Origin: Candidatus Woesebacteria bacterium
Lineage (GTDB): Bacteria > Patescibacteriota > Microgenomatia > UBA8517
Assembly: GCA_016700095.1 (NCBI GenBank)
Contig: CP065002.1
Location: 496,463 to 560,462 of the forward strand
Direction: 5' to 3'
Length of the DNA: 64,000 bases
In this document: piece after piece, positions 38,573 through 47,577 of the stretch
Layout: every line of letters begins with the position of its first letter
How positions within the stretch are numbered: the first letter of the stretch is position 1
Program-made: the position numbers and the translations under genes
Notes under the pieces: model-generated
Database searches by the model: none
What the model was told of the DNA's origin: nothing
What the model saw: the letters and a program-made list of their open reading frames with translations, nothing else

Positions 38573-39253
38573 TTATCTTGCTACTGTTTTTTTAAGTATT
38601 ACGCCAGCTAAAAGCGAGGAAAAACCAAGAAGGGTGTAGATGGTGATTGTCGCAAGGTTGCCGGTTGTTGCCAGTCCCAAAACCGATCCGCCGTTACTTG
38701 TCGAAGCGGCTGCTGATAGTACCGACCCCGTTGAAGTATTTGAATTTGACGAAGTAGAAGAAGAATTGGTTGATCCTCCACAACTGTAATTAGCGTTTAT
38801 AGCCATGTAACTACTGGCATCCAAACCCCACACCGAACCACTCGGTACAAATACCCAACCCAATTTTTTAAGGGTTTCGATTTCATCTTCATCTAAGGAA
38901 CTTATTTTCCACCAGTTTGTTTGAACACCTGAACCGTTTTCGCTGCAAAAACATTGCATTGCGCTACCATTTTCAAGACTATATACATAATCACTACCTG
39001 CGCGCAAAACACCTTCACCGACAATTGCGTGTTGTCCATCGGTGTAGGATACTTTTAAAACTCCTTGTGGATTCGAGCAAGCAGGGAAGTTGGGGATGGC
39101 TGATTGCGCGCTTACTGAACTTGTAAGCGACAAGGAAAGAAGTAAGCTAACTAAACTTAACGAAATACTTTTGGCAATGTTCATTTTTGAATTGGCAGAT
39201 GAAAAAGATAGATTTAATACAAGTATAATAACATTATAGGTCATAAAAAGCAA
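38573..39253 (-). CDS. sortase-substrate surface protein with LAxTG sorting signal and Ser/Thr-rich stalk
   Basis: Signal peptide (probable start MNIAKSISLSLVSLLLSLSLTSSVSA at 39184), globular domain with Cys pairs, then SSTSSNSNTSTGSVLSAAASTSNGGS linker. C-terminal LATTG + hydrophobic span + KKTVAR is a canonical cell-wall sorting signal. Confidence 0.75.
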   Translation of the reverse strand: MLFMTYNVIILVLNLSFSSANSKMNIAKSISLSLVSLLLSLSLTSSVSAQSAIPNFPACSNPQGVLKVSYTDGQHAIVGEGVLRAGSDYVYSLENGSAMQCFCSENGSGVQTNWWKISSLDEDEIETLKKLGWVFVPSGSVWGLDASSYMAINANYSCGGSTNSSSTSSNSNTSTGSVLSAAASTSNGGSVLGLATTGNLATITIYTLLGFSSLLAGVILKKTVAR

Positions 39254-39459
39254 ATTAATTTGCTCTAAGTTGCTTGTTAATTGTTCGAGTGTTTGAATGA
39301 GTAAAAAATGTCGTGAAAGCTAATTTAGCACATTTTTTATGGCGATAAACCCACAACTCATGAGCACTTGGTTGCAGATGAATATTATTAAAAAATTAAG
39401 TGTGAGAACAAAAGTAACTTATTTAAAGCCTGAAGAATGCGAGAGTATATTCCAGATTT

Positions 39460-40740
39460 TTATCTAGTGAAAAACGCAACAAACACTTTTCGTAATTTGA
39501 AAAATATATTCTCATGCTGTTTAATCAATATGATACGAAGTGGTGTGTCTCCCGAAGCATTAAGGTAGAGTGTATTATAATTATCTGCTTCAACTTGTAT
39601 CTTTGTATCTTCGGCTAATAGTGGAATGTAGAATTTTCCGTCAGCGTTGGTTGTTGCCGACTTATTGTCGGAATAAATCCTAGCATTATTGACAGCTTGA
39701 CCGATTTCGTTTACCACAACCCCTATTGCAATTTTGGGTTGATAGTATTTTGTAAGTACGTCAACTGCCGGTCGTTTGTCGAAATTATCTTCCCACAATT
39801 TGGTGCTGCCACCAAAACTTGTCCAATAATTAATACCTACCAGGTCATCGATCTTTGTAAGTTTATTAAGTGCGTCGTCGATCCAAACAGCTTGCTCTTT
39901 TGTGTTTAGATTTCCATGCAAGTCGGAAATGGGAGCACCGAATTCACCAAGGATAACTTGTCCACCACTTTTTAGAGCTAAGCTTTCAATGTCTTTGACC
40001 AATCTATCATCATCGCCAACATAGTGATCGATAACGACAATTCCACCCAAGGCTTGTGTTGTAGTTTTATCCATAATTAGATTGGCAACATCGCCGTTCA
40101 TGGGGACGAAATTTGAACGAACGTTTTTGCCGATTTTTCGGAAGGCATCGTTTGTTACCCTGTATTCGTCAATTATAAATTTTCGGTACTCATTGACATC
40201 TCTTGTTATTCTGGGATCTCCCGGTCCGCCATTTTCGCATTCGGGACATGAACTAAAAATATCACCTTCCATAAACAAATTTCCATTCGTAAGTATGAAA
40301 TCTTTGATTAAGGCTGTGTGTTCTTCTCTGCTAATTGTGTCATAATCAAACCAACCTTCCCATCCCGGCACGTTACCACGAAACCAAACTTTCAAGTTGT
40401 ATTTTCTGGCAGCATTTACCCAACGAGTAAGGAACGGCACAAATTCTTGTGCATACGGAGTACCGATGGACACATGGGTTGCGCCCGTTTCGGCTATTAG
40501 ACGGACATGTGAATCGATTACGTTGTCAAAAGTTGGATCAAGTGCTTTCTCTCGCGCTACGTCGCGTGAATATTTCACCGTATCGATCGATTGGATATCC
40601 CACCAGGTTGCCCTTATATCTTGTGCCTGATTGACGAAGTTTGGTTTAACTACGCTTGCCAATATACCAAATATTATGACAAGCAAAATGAGAATTATGA
40701 GAAGTTTTTTGTTTTGCACTTTTATATTATTTACACTCAT
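39460..40740 (-). CDS. membrane-anchored putative glycoside hydrolase (TIM-barrel, GH5-like) with C-terminal carboxypeptidase-regulatory-like beta-sandwich
   Basis: N-terminal TM anchor; ILGEFGAP resembles the GH5-type nucleophile strand; C-terminal GVVVNEIGQAVNNARIYSD...DGKFYIP resembles a CarboxypepD_reg-like domain. Family assignment is tentative. Confidence 0.5.
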   Translation of the reverse strand: MSVNNIKVQNKKLLIILILLVIIFGILASVVKPNFVNQAQDIRATWWDIQSIDTVKYSRDVAREKALDPTFDNVIDSHVRLIAETGATHVSIGTPYAQEFVPFLTRWVNAARKYNLKVWFRGNVPGWEGWFDYDTISREEHTALIKDFILTNGNLFMEGDIFSSCPECENGGPGDPRITRDVNEYRKFIIDEYRVTNDAFRKIGKNVRSNFVPMNGDVANLIMDKTTTQALGGIVVIDHYVGDDDRLVKDIESLALKSGGQVILGEFGAPISDLHGNLNTKEQAVWIDDALNKLTKIDDLVGINYWTSFGGSTKLWEDNFDKRPAVDVLTKYYQPKIAIGVVVNEIGQAVNNARIYSDNKSATTNADGKFYIPLLAEDTKIQVEADNYNTLYLNASGDTPLRIILIKQHENIFFKLRKVFVAFFTR

Positions 40741-40747
40741 AATCCGG

Positions 40748-42370
40748 TTATTTTTGTTTACTGAAAATTGGATAAGTAGTTAATTTAGGTACAAATTCGA
40801 ACTTTAGTTCATAAATATCCGCAAAGGGATAACTTTCGACTAACACATAATTTTCAAATCCTTGGGTTTTACTGACAGATCTCCATACCGAATCGTTATT
40901 GTCGTGCGACCGCATAATTATCCACCTTGCCCAATGATCGGGAGTTGTGGTTGCCGATTCCCAATAAGCCCCGGTTCCTTCGTGGATAAACTTTTTCATA
41001 GGCAAATTGGATGAGAATATTATTGCGTCATGGCTGGCTGCCGAAATTAAAACAAAGCCTTCTTTGGATCCGGCATTTTCTTTCAACCACCCCGACACCT
41101 CGGTTACGTTTTTCTGACTTGAACCGACCCTGGCGTCGTCAATTGTTACTGCATCTTGATTTACAAAGGCAAAAAATGTTACAAAAGCAAATAATCCGAT
41201 TATCATCCAACGCAAATCTTTGAACTTGTCCACCAAAAATCCGGAAAAAATAGCAATCGAGGGTAAAAGCATTATTCCGTAACGGACATTGAACCAAGTA
41301 TTTCCCGAAATTCCTTGGATAAAAAGTACGGAGTGGCCAAGGTATAGAGCTAAAATATTAAATACTAACGGTGCCAAGAGTGCAGCAATTGCTATTTTTA
41401 CCTCGTACTTGATTTTGGATGTCCAAATCGCAATTAATCCTACAACTCCCATTAAAACCTGATATGCGTAGGAATTGTAAACCATAGCATAAAGATAAAG
41501 TTTGATAGACAACAAAATATTGTGTTTGGTTGCCAATTCTCCCGCCGCGTTGAGTTGGTCTTGCTGAGCTTTCGCAGAAAATTCCCCAAGTGCAAAGTAG
41601 AGTGGATCTCCAAAAATCATCAAATTCCACAATAACCATAATAGAATTCCTAAACTTCCAAGTGTTAGGAAAAGAAGTATTTTCCCTTCGGTTTCTTTGT
41701 AACCATGTTTTCGAATGACTGTAAAAAATATTATTAATGTTGCTGTAAAAAGAAGAAACCATCCATCGTAGCGTGTGATTGTCGAGAGCATAATAAAAAA
41801 TGCAGCCTTAATTAGATTCAAAATTTCATCTTTTTTCGCCCAAAGCATGAGGTAATATGCACCTAAAGTCATTGTTGCCAGAAGCAATAGTTCCGTCATG
41901 GCTGTTGATTGTAGATAGAGAATGTTTACATTAGCTACAAAAACCACAACTCCAAAGAACCTTCCAATGAGACCAACCTTTAATTGTTCAAGGAATTTGT
42001 AAATAATTACCCCCATAGCAATAAATGAGATCATGGAGACAAGTGCGCCCGAAAGACCCGAATGCCAAAAAAAGTCATTCCAAATTGTCGGGATCATGAG
42101 GACATGGGGGAGAGGAAGCCATACTGAACCCAACTGAGCTATTCCCGGTTTCAAACCTTCAACTACACGTCGACCGATATCCAAGTGACTTCTGGCATCA
42201 TTGTAGGCAAGACCGATGCCGTTTTGGTAGTAGTGAACGAAAAAGTAGGTAGAGATTGCGGTCAGTAAAAATATAATTATTACCACAGCATGTTTCTCCA
42301 ACCACACGTGGATGTTGGCTAAGGTTCTTTTCTGCAGACTAAAACTAATTACAAATTCTGGAATTTTCAT
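40748..42370 (-). CDS. GT-C fold membrane glycosyltransferase (PMT/ArnT, GT39/GT83-like)
   Basis: About 11 N-terminal TM helices with an Asp-containing first extracytoplasmic loop (YNDARSHLDIGRR) and a soluble C-terminal domain of about 130 aa; this architecture marks polyprenyl-phosphate-sugar-dependent GT-C enzymes. Confidence 0.65.
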   Translation of the reverse strand: MKIPEFVISFSLQKRTLANIHVWLEKHAVVIIIFLLTAISTYFFVHYYQNGIGLAYNDARSHLDIGRRVVEGLKPGIAQLGSVWLPLPHVLMIPTIWNDFFWHSGLSGALVSMISFIAMGVIIYKFLEQLKVGLIGRFFGVVVFVANVNILYLQSTAMTELLLLATMTLGAYYLMLWAKKDEILNLIKAAFFIMLSTITRYDGWFLLFTATLIIFFTVIRKHGYKETEGKILLFLTLGSLGILLWLLWNLMIFGDPLYFALGEFSAKAQQDQLNAAGELATKHNILLSIKLYLYAMVYNSYAYQVLMGVVGLIAIWTSKIKYEVKIAIAALLAPLVFNILALYLGHSVLFIQGISGNTWFNVRYGIMLLPSIAIFSGFLVDKFKDLRWMIIGLFAFVTFFAFVNQDAVTIDDARVGSSQKNVTEVSGWLKENAGSKEGFVLISAASHDAIIFSSNLPMKKFIHEGTGAYWESATTTPDHWARWIIMRSHDNNDSVWRSVSKTQGFENYVLVESYPFADIYELKFEFVPKLTTYPIFSKQK

Positions 42371-43896
42371 AAATTTTCCTTTTTATTTTCAAAATATGTA
42401 GCGGTGTAAAAAAGACTTATCAGAAGTAATATGGTGAAAGTATACAACGCAGTGTAATTAATGCTATTCATATATTTGTTAGCATATGCGTTATAAAAAA
42501 TTGAACTATTTAGTTTGTCCTCAGTCATTAATTGCCAGTTATATAAATACGTATGGGGAATCGGGTTGGGTAAATTAACAGCTTCAACTTTTGGGGGTAC
42601 CTGGGAAGTTGTCGTTGCACCCATTACATTAATACCAACGCTATATGTTGTAAGAATTATAAACAAAGGAATAAACCATGCTTTTTTTGTGTACTTTTGT
42701 ATGGCCAAACCGATGGTAATAGATAACACAGCAGTCGCTGGGATTAGATATCTTGGTCCAAATGCCCAACTGCCCGTAGGATCACCAAACATTGTGTAAA
42801 TCAACAAATTTGTCATAGTCACAGCAATTAATAATTTTGATTTGCCGCGCAACTGTTTATTTTTGTAAGCGAAAGCTAGCCCGGCTATTCCAAGTATGAT
42901 GATAGGACTATAAACAAATATGCTTCTTTGGTCACTTATTATAAATATGTAAAAACCTTCAAGTTGCCCTCTTGTTTTGAAGGGTAGACTTAAACCTTTC
43001 TTTTCAACTTCTGAAGAAACCTCAACTTGTAACTTGTTTGTAAAATCATTACTTCGTCCGAGAAATTGGGCCAGTGTAGTGTAAGATTGTGCAGTCTCAT
43101 AATTGTACCACCCAAATATTCCAACTAACGGAATTATTCCAATTAATAAGCCAATAAAATTTAATTTTAAACTAAGCTTAAGTTTACTTCCGGTATTATG
43201 GACATTAAACTGTTTGGCGAGAATATAAAAAACCAGAGGGAACATGATTATTCCATTAGGTATATCCATTAGAAGTCCTATTCCATATGATATACCAAAA
43301 ATAATGTTGTTTAATAAAGTTCTGGGTTTCATGGTATATAAAATCCCAACCAATATTAGAGAAGTACTTGCGTGATGTTGCGTAAATGTGAATGCATAAG
43401 ATAATGCGTTAGTCGCAAACAAAAAAAGTAATCCACACAATATTGACATGTACAAACCTGAACCCAATTTTCTGGATATATTGGCTATTAAGAATAAATT
43501 TACCACTGCAAATAGAATTGTTGAAAAATATGTTGAAATCTGAGGAATTCCAAATTGTTTGCCCAATAAATAAAATGGTACTCCCACGAAAGAAACGCCA
43601 GGTGTGAAGATTGAGAAGTACTTGCCTTTATAATTGGTAACGTCAGGTGAGGCAAATCCTGCTCTTTCTGTATTTAGCATAAAGGTACTGTCTTCCACAA
43701 TCGCTTCAGTTAATGCAAATCTAGAAGTGCTACCAGATGATTCAAAGGGAGTACCCACAGCCGTACTTTTACTTTTTGTATCTTGATATAATAATAAATT
43801 ATCTTCTCTTTTACCTTTAACGTTTATTGTTAACAAAAATACTATTACTATAATAAATAGTAAATATGATGAATATTTGATGATATTTTTTAGCAT
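42367..43896 (-). CDS. GT-C fold membrane glycosyltransferase (PMT/ArnT-like), paralog of the previous gene
   Basis: Same architecture (first-loop motif EDSTF..., 10 or more TM helices, C-terminal soluble tail); 4-nt overlap with the downstream gene. Confidence 0.65.
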   Translation of the reverse strand: MLKNIIKYSSYLLFIIVIVFLLTINVKGKREDNLLLYQDTKSKSTAVGTPFESSGSTSRFALTEAIVEDSTFMLNTERAGFASPDVTNYKGKYFSIFTPGVSFVGVPFYLLGKQFGIPQISTYFSTILFAVVNLFLIANISRKLGSGLYMSILCGLLFLFATNALSYAFTFTQHHASTSLILVGILYTMKPRTLLNNIIFGISYGIGLLMDIPNGIIMFPLVFYILAKQFNVHNTGSKLKLSLKLNFIGLLIGIIPLVGIFGWYNYETAQSYTTLAQFLGRSNDFTNKLQVEVSSEVEKKGLSLPFKTRGQLEGFYIFIISDQRSIFVYSPIIILGIAGLAFAYKNKQLRGKSKLLIAVTMTNLLIYTMFGDPTGSWAFGPRYLIPATAVLSITIGLAIQKYTKKAWFIPLFIILTTYSVGINVMGATTTSQVPPKVEAVNLPNPIPHTYLYNWQLMTEDKLNSSIFYNAYANKYMNSINYTALYTFTILLLISLFYTATYFENKKENL

Positions 43897-43902
43897 AATT
43901 AT

Positions 43903-44817
43903 CTAGTTTTTTGTTGATTTTAAAGATTCCCACATTGGATTAAAGTTAAGTGCATATATCTGGCTTTTATATTTCACAATAAAACCTAATATCAAAAGGT
44001 AGGTTCCAAGGAATGGGTGTTTAACAAATTCTATAAATTTATAGACCCAAATTGTTTTAATTTGTTTGTATTCTCTGGAAACAATGTCACCAAACGAATC
44101 TTTTAATATGTGCTGATTGGAATTATTTCTGATTTGCCATTTTAAATAGTCTTTGTTGGTTGATGGATTCATGTAATAAACTTTAGCATACCTAACATGC
44201 TTATAAGTATATTTAGAAGTGATTGTGGCGAAGTATAAATAAGAATCCACGTTACCCATTTTAGTGCTAACGGAAAGTGGAATATTTTTAATAAAATCAT
44301 TTGAAAACGCCATTACTTTTCCATCGCAGGTAAATTTGTTGTTCTTGTTTTTAAGTGAGTTCCTCATTTTATAAAAAGCACAAAAACTTGAATTAGCTGC
44401 TTTCTGCACAAAATTTGTTGGTGGTAGAGGAATTGGATTACCTGTTACAAAACCGACTTTCTGGTTTTTAAAAGGTGACAATAGGGAGTTTAAGAATTTA
44501 TTATCTCTAATGAAAATATCGTCATTTAGTACAACCAATATATTAGAAGTATTTATTTTGAATAAATGTTTGATTACACCAGCGAAACCCAACCGATTTG
44601 TACCGACCTGATATTTAACAATACTATGAGATTTGGCATAAGTAGCTGCAATAGAATTTGATTTATCAGTAGAACAATCCGAGTATACAAGTATTTCTTT
44701 GAAAGAAAACTCGGTGACTTTTTGAGACAATAGTGCCTCGAGAAGTAATGATAAGTTTCTCTCTGAGTTATATACAGCGATTGCCACAGTCACACTCAAT
44801 TTATTTTTGTTTTTCAT
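43903..44817 (-). CDS. family 2 glycosyltransferase (DPM1/GtrB-like), paralog 1 of 4
   Basis: N-terminal MKNKNKLSVTVAIAVYNSERNLSLLLEALLSQ ... DDIF (DxD-like); C-terminal hydrophobic helix and the conserved tail NPMWESLKSTK shared by all four paralogs. Confidence 0.8.
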   Translation of the reverse strand: MKNKNKLSVTVAIAVYNSERNLSLLLEALLSQKVTEFSFKEILVYSDCSTDKSNSIAATYAKSHSIVKYQVGTNRLGFAGVIKHLFKINTSNILVVLNDDIFIRDNKFLNSLLSPFKNQKVGFVTGNPIPLPPTNFVQKAANSSFCAFYKMRNSLKNKNNKFTCDGKVMAFSNDFIKNIPLSVSTKMGNVDSYLYFATITSKYTYKHVRYAKVYYMNPSTNKDYLKWQIRNNSNQHILKDSFGDIVSREYKQIKTIWVYKFIEFVKHPFLGTYLLILGFIVKYKSQIYALNFNPMWESLKSTKN

Positions 44818-45728
44818 TTATTTAAAATCAAATTTTTCGAACTGGTTGATATTTTCCATTTAGATTTACTTTCATCGCCAACAAGGGATAACACTCTTGA
44901 ATATAACAACAAAAATAGGTACAACGTCGTTAATCTGAAATCTTGTTTCGTGTTGCGTAGTAACACTCTAAATTGTAGTTTTGGAGGAATTTTGTAACTT
45001 GATACAACCAGTTCTTTACCGAAGAAAAATTCTAAATGTTTTTTTGTACTATGAAACCTCACGCTTTGCCTTAAATGATCATTTAAATTATTTGGTAATT
45101 TGTAAATTACTTTTGCCGTTGGTTCGTATTGGAATTGGTATCCTTTAGAAATACAACTTAAATATGAAAATGCATCTTCGCCGGCCACGCTCTGCCATTT
45201 CATGCTTTTGGCAAATTTCTTTGAAAAAGCTCTTATCCGTCCATGGCAGTTATATATATTATTACCGGAATTCAAAGCCATATAAATTTCATTTTTCATA
45301 TGAGAACTGTAATTTAGTACATTTTCAAAAAGAGTCGTTTGTTTGATAGCTTCCACTTTTCCGCCAACCAAACCCACCTTTGGGTTTTTAATGAAAGGCT
45401 TAAGAATGTTTTCAAGAACACCACTGGTTTTAGGTAAGATATCTGCGTCGAATATTACTAAATAATCAGAAACCAACTTTTTGACTATTATATTTTGACT
45501 TAACGATTTACCTAAACGTTTTCTGTTCCTTAGTAGTTCAATTCTTTTGTCTTTTATTGCTTTAACTATTTCTTCTGTCTTGTCTGTGCTTTCGTCGGAA
45601 ACCACAATTATTTTCTCCAAAATGAAGTTTTCCTGCTTTTGTTTTAACAATGCTGAAAGTAGCCTTCCGATATTTGCCTCTTCATTGTATGCAGGTATGC
45701 CTATTGTTACTGTTGGTTTATTTTTCAT
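44814..45728 (-). CDS. family 2 glycosyltransferase, paralog 2 of 4
   Basis: MKNKPTVTIGIPAYNEEANIGRLLSALLKQ ... VSDESTDKT ... FDADI; start set at the MKNKP Met (45728); an upstream in-frame Met exists at 45761. Confidence 0.8.
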   Translation of the reverse strand: MKNKPTVTIGIPAYNEEANIGRLLSALLKQKQENFILEKIIVVSDESTDKTEEIVKAIKDKRIELLRNRKRLGKSLSQNIIVKKLVSDYLVIFDADILPKTSGVLENILKPFIKNPKVGLVGGKVEAIKQTTLFENVLNYSSHMKNEIYMALNSGNNIYNCHGRIRAFSKKFAKSMKWQSVAGEDAFSYLSCISKGYQFQYEPTAKVIYKLPNNLNDHLRQSVRFHSTKKHLEFFFGKELVVSSYKIPPKLQFRVLLRNTKQDFRLTTLYLFLLLYSRVLSLVGDESKSKWKISTSSKNLILNK

Positions 45729-45745
45729 TTTTGTTTTACTTGGTC

Positions 45746-46678
45746 TCAGATGGCGAACCATTTTTTATCAATCGGTAGCTTTGTGCTTTGTACCATTTCC
45801 CATTTTTTGTTAGTTGCACCTTTGTCTTTTCTCGGATTAATTCTGACATAAATATTGAGAAGAATTGCCAAGGTCGTCAGGATTGGACTATGCAACATTA
45901 TTTTAGATATTGCTCGGATTTTAAACAGTAGTGGAACTTGATATACATCAATTATGTCGTGTCCGAAATGTTCGACAATTGTTTTTTTATCTTGATAAAT
46001 TGATCTACTAGCTTGAAGTCTGAAGTCATAAATACTTTGGGTTGATCTATATAATATTTCAGCATCTTTACAGTATGCAAATTTTCCGTAATGCTGTGCC
46101 ATTAAATAGAGGTAATTCTGATCGGTTGTTAGGGTTGAGGGATAATGAATATGTTTAGCAAGTATTTTTGACAAAGCAGTTGCCGAACCTTGTAAATTAT
46201 GAATATGATCTCCGTCGTTAACACCTATTCTTACTTCTTCCCAAATACGGTTTGAAGTATATAAAATTTTTCCTGTAAAAGTGTCGGGCATGATAGGTAT
46301 TTGATGTGCAGCAACTAAAACAACACTTTTATTGTTCCTGAATTTACGCACCATGTTTTCAATCACTTTGTTATTTGACAAAACTATATCGGCGTCGAAT
46401 GTGAATAAGTAATCACTTGTATTCAAAGAATAAATTTGATTTAAGCGCTTCATTTTCCCCAAACGGTTTGGGCTGTTAATGACTTTAATCAATTTTGTCT
46501 TTGTGCGAAAATTAGCGGCAATTTTCACCGTTTGGTCACTACACCCATCACAAACAACATAAATGGTTTTTATAAGAAAATTTCCTTTTTGCCCCAAGAC
46601 GGATTCGAGTAAATTGGAAATGTTTTTCTCCTCGTTGTGTGCAGGTATTCCGATCGTAATTGTTGGTTTATTTTTCAT
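45746..46678 (-). CDS. family 2 glycosyltransferase, paralog 3 of 4
   Basis: MKNKPTITIGIPAHNEEKNISNLLESVLGQ ... CDGCSDQT ... FDADI; nearly identical N-terminus to paralog 2; start set at the MKNKP Met (46678). Confidence 0.8.
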   Translation of the reverse strand: MKNKPTITIGIPAHNEEKNISNLLESVLGQKGNFLIKTIYVVCDGCSDQTVKIAANFRTKTKLIKVINSPNRLGKMKRLNQIYSLNTSDYLFTFDADIVLSNNKVIENMVRKFRNNKSVVLVAAHQIPIMPDTFTGKILYTSNRIWEEVRIGVNDGDHIHNLQGSATALSKILAKHIHYPSTLTTDQNYLYLMAQHYGKFAYCKDAEILYRSTQSIYDFRLQASRSIYQDKKTIVEHFGHDIIDVYQVPLLFKIRAISKIMLHSPILTTLAILLNIYVRINPRKDKGATNKKWEMVQSTKLPIDKKWFAI

Positions 46679-46680
46679 TA

Positions 46681-47577
46681 TTATATTTTCTTGGTTGATG
46701 AATCTACTTTCCACAGAGGATTAAGTATTTTTTTACGGTTTAATTTACTAACCCTGGTGTATACAAACAAAAATAAGTAAAGACCTGAATATATTGGATG
46801 ACTAATAAACATGGATGCAAAGGCGGCAAGATAAATCAATAGTGGGACTTGATATTCCGTAGTTAGATCTCCAAAGTATTTTTCCAATTCATCTTTGGAA
46901 TACTGGAATCTGCTGGACTGACGCATGTGTTCATTGACGACCATTGGACTTTTGTTGTAAACGATTGAATTTTTGGCAAACTTGAATTTTCCTCCCACAC
47001 GTTTGTTTTCAAAGTATAAATATGCATCGAGATTAGTAATGCCGTCGACGATTTTCATTTTCTTTAAAGTGCTTACCTTAAAAGCCATACATCTTCCACT
47101 GGCAACAAGATAATTGTCGGAATCGTTCCACATCTTACCGGCTTTGTAAACACCATTTACTCCAATTTCGATAATTTTTTCTAAGGTTGTTTGTGCGGGG
47201 AAGGGGACAATTCTGCTTGATACCTCGGTCACACTTTTATCTTCCATAACTTTACTAATTTCAGCCAGTGCATGTTTATCAAACAACAAGTCATCTTGGG
47301 TAAACACCAAAATGCCTGACTTGGTCATGGTAACTATTTGTTTAAGTTTTGCCGACAAGCTCCTTGATTTTTTATATTCATGTACTTCTATACCTAAGGC
47401 TTTTAATTTCTTTAGATGGCTATCTTTAATTGGGAGCGTATCTGCAATTACAATAAATCTGAATTTGTCCACATTAATTGATTTCACTATGCTTTCAGCG
47501 GTTTTGACGAGATTTACCGCTCCATGTCTGGTTGATATTGCGACTGTTATGCTTTGATTTTTCATACGATTACTCAT
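46681..47577 (-). CDS. family 2 glycosyltransferase-like, paralog 4 of 4 (divergent)
   Basis: ITVAISTRHGAVNLVKTAESIVKS...; same C-terminal hydrophobic helix + W...STK tail; more divergent catalytic motifs. Confidence 0.65.
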   Translation of the reverse strand: MSNRMKNQSITVAISTRHGAVNLVKTAESIVKSINVDKFRFIVIADTLPIKDSHLKKLKALGIEVHEYKKSRSLSAKLKQIVTMTKSGILVFTQDDLLFDKHALAEISKVMEDKSVTEVSSRIVPFPAQTTLEKIIEIGVNGVYKAGKMWNDSDNYLVASGRCMAFKVSTLKKMKIVDGITNLDAYLYFENKRVGGKFKFAKNSIVYNKSPMVVNEHMRQSSRFQYSKDELEKYFGDLTTEYQVPLLIYLAAFASMFISHPIYSGLYLFLFVYTRVSKLNRKKILNPLWKVDSSTKKI

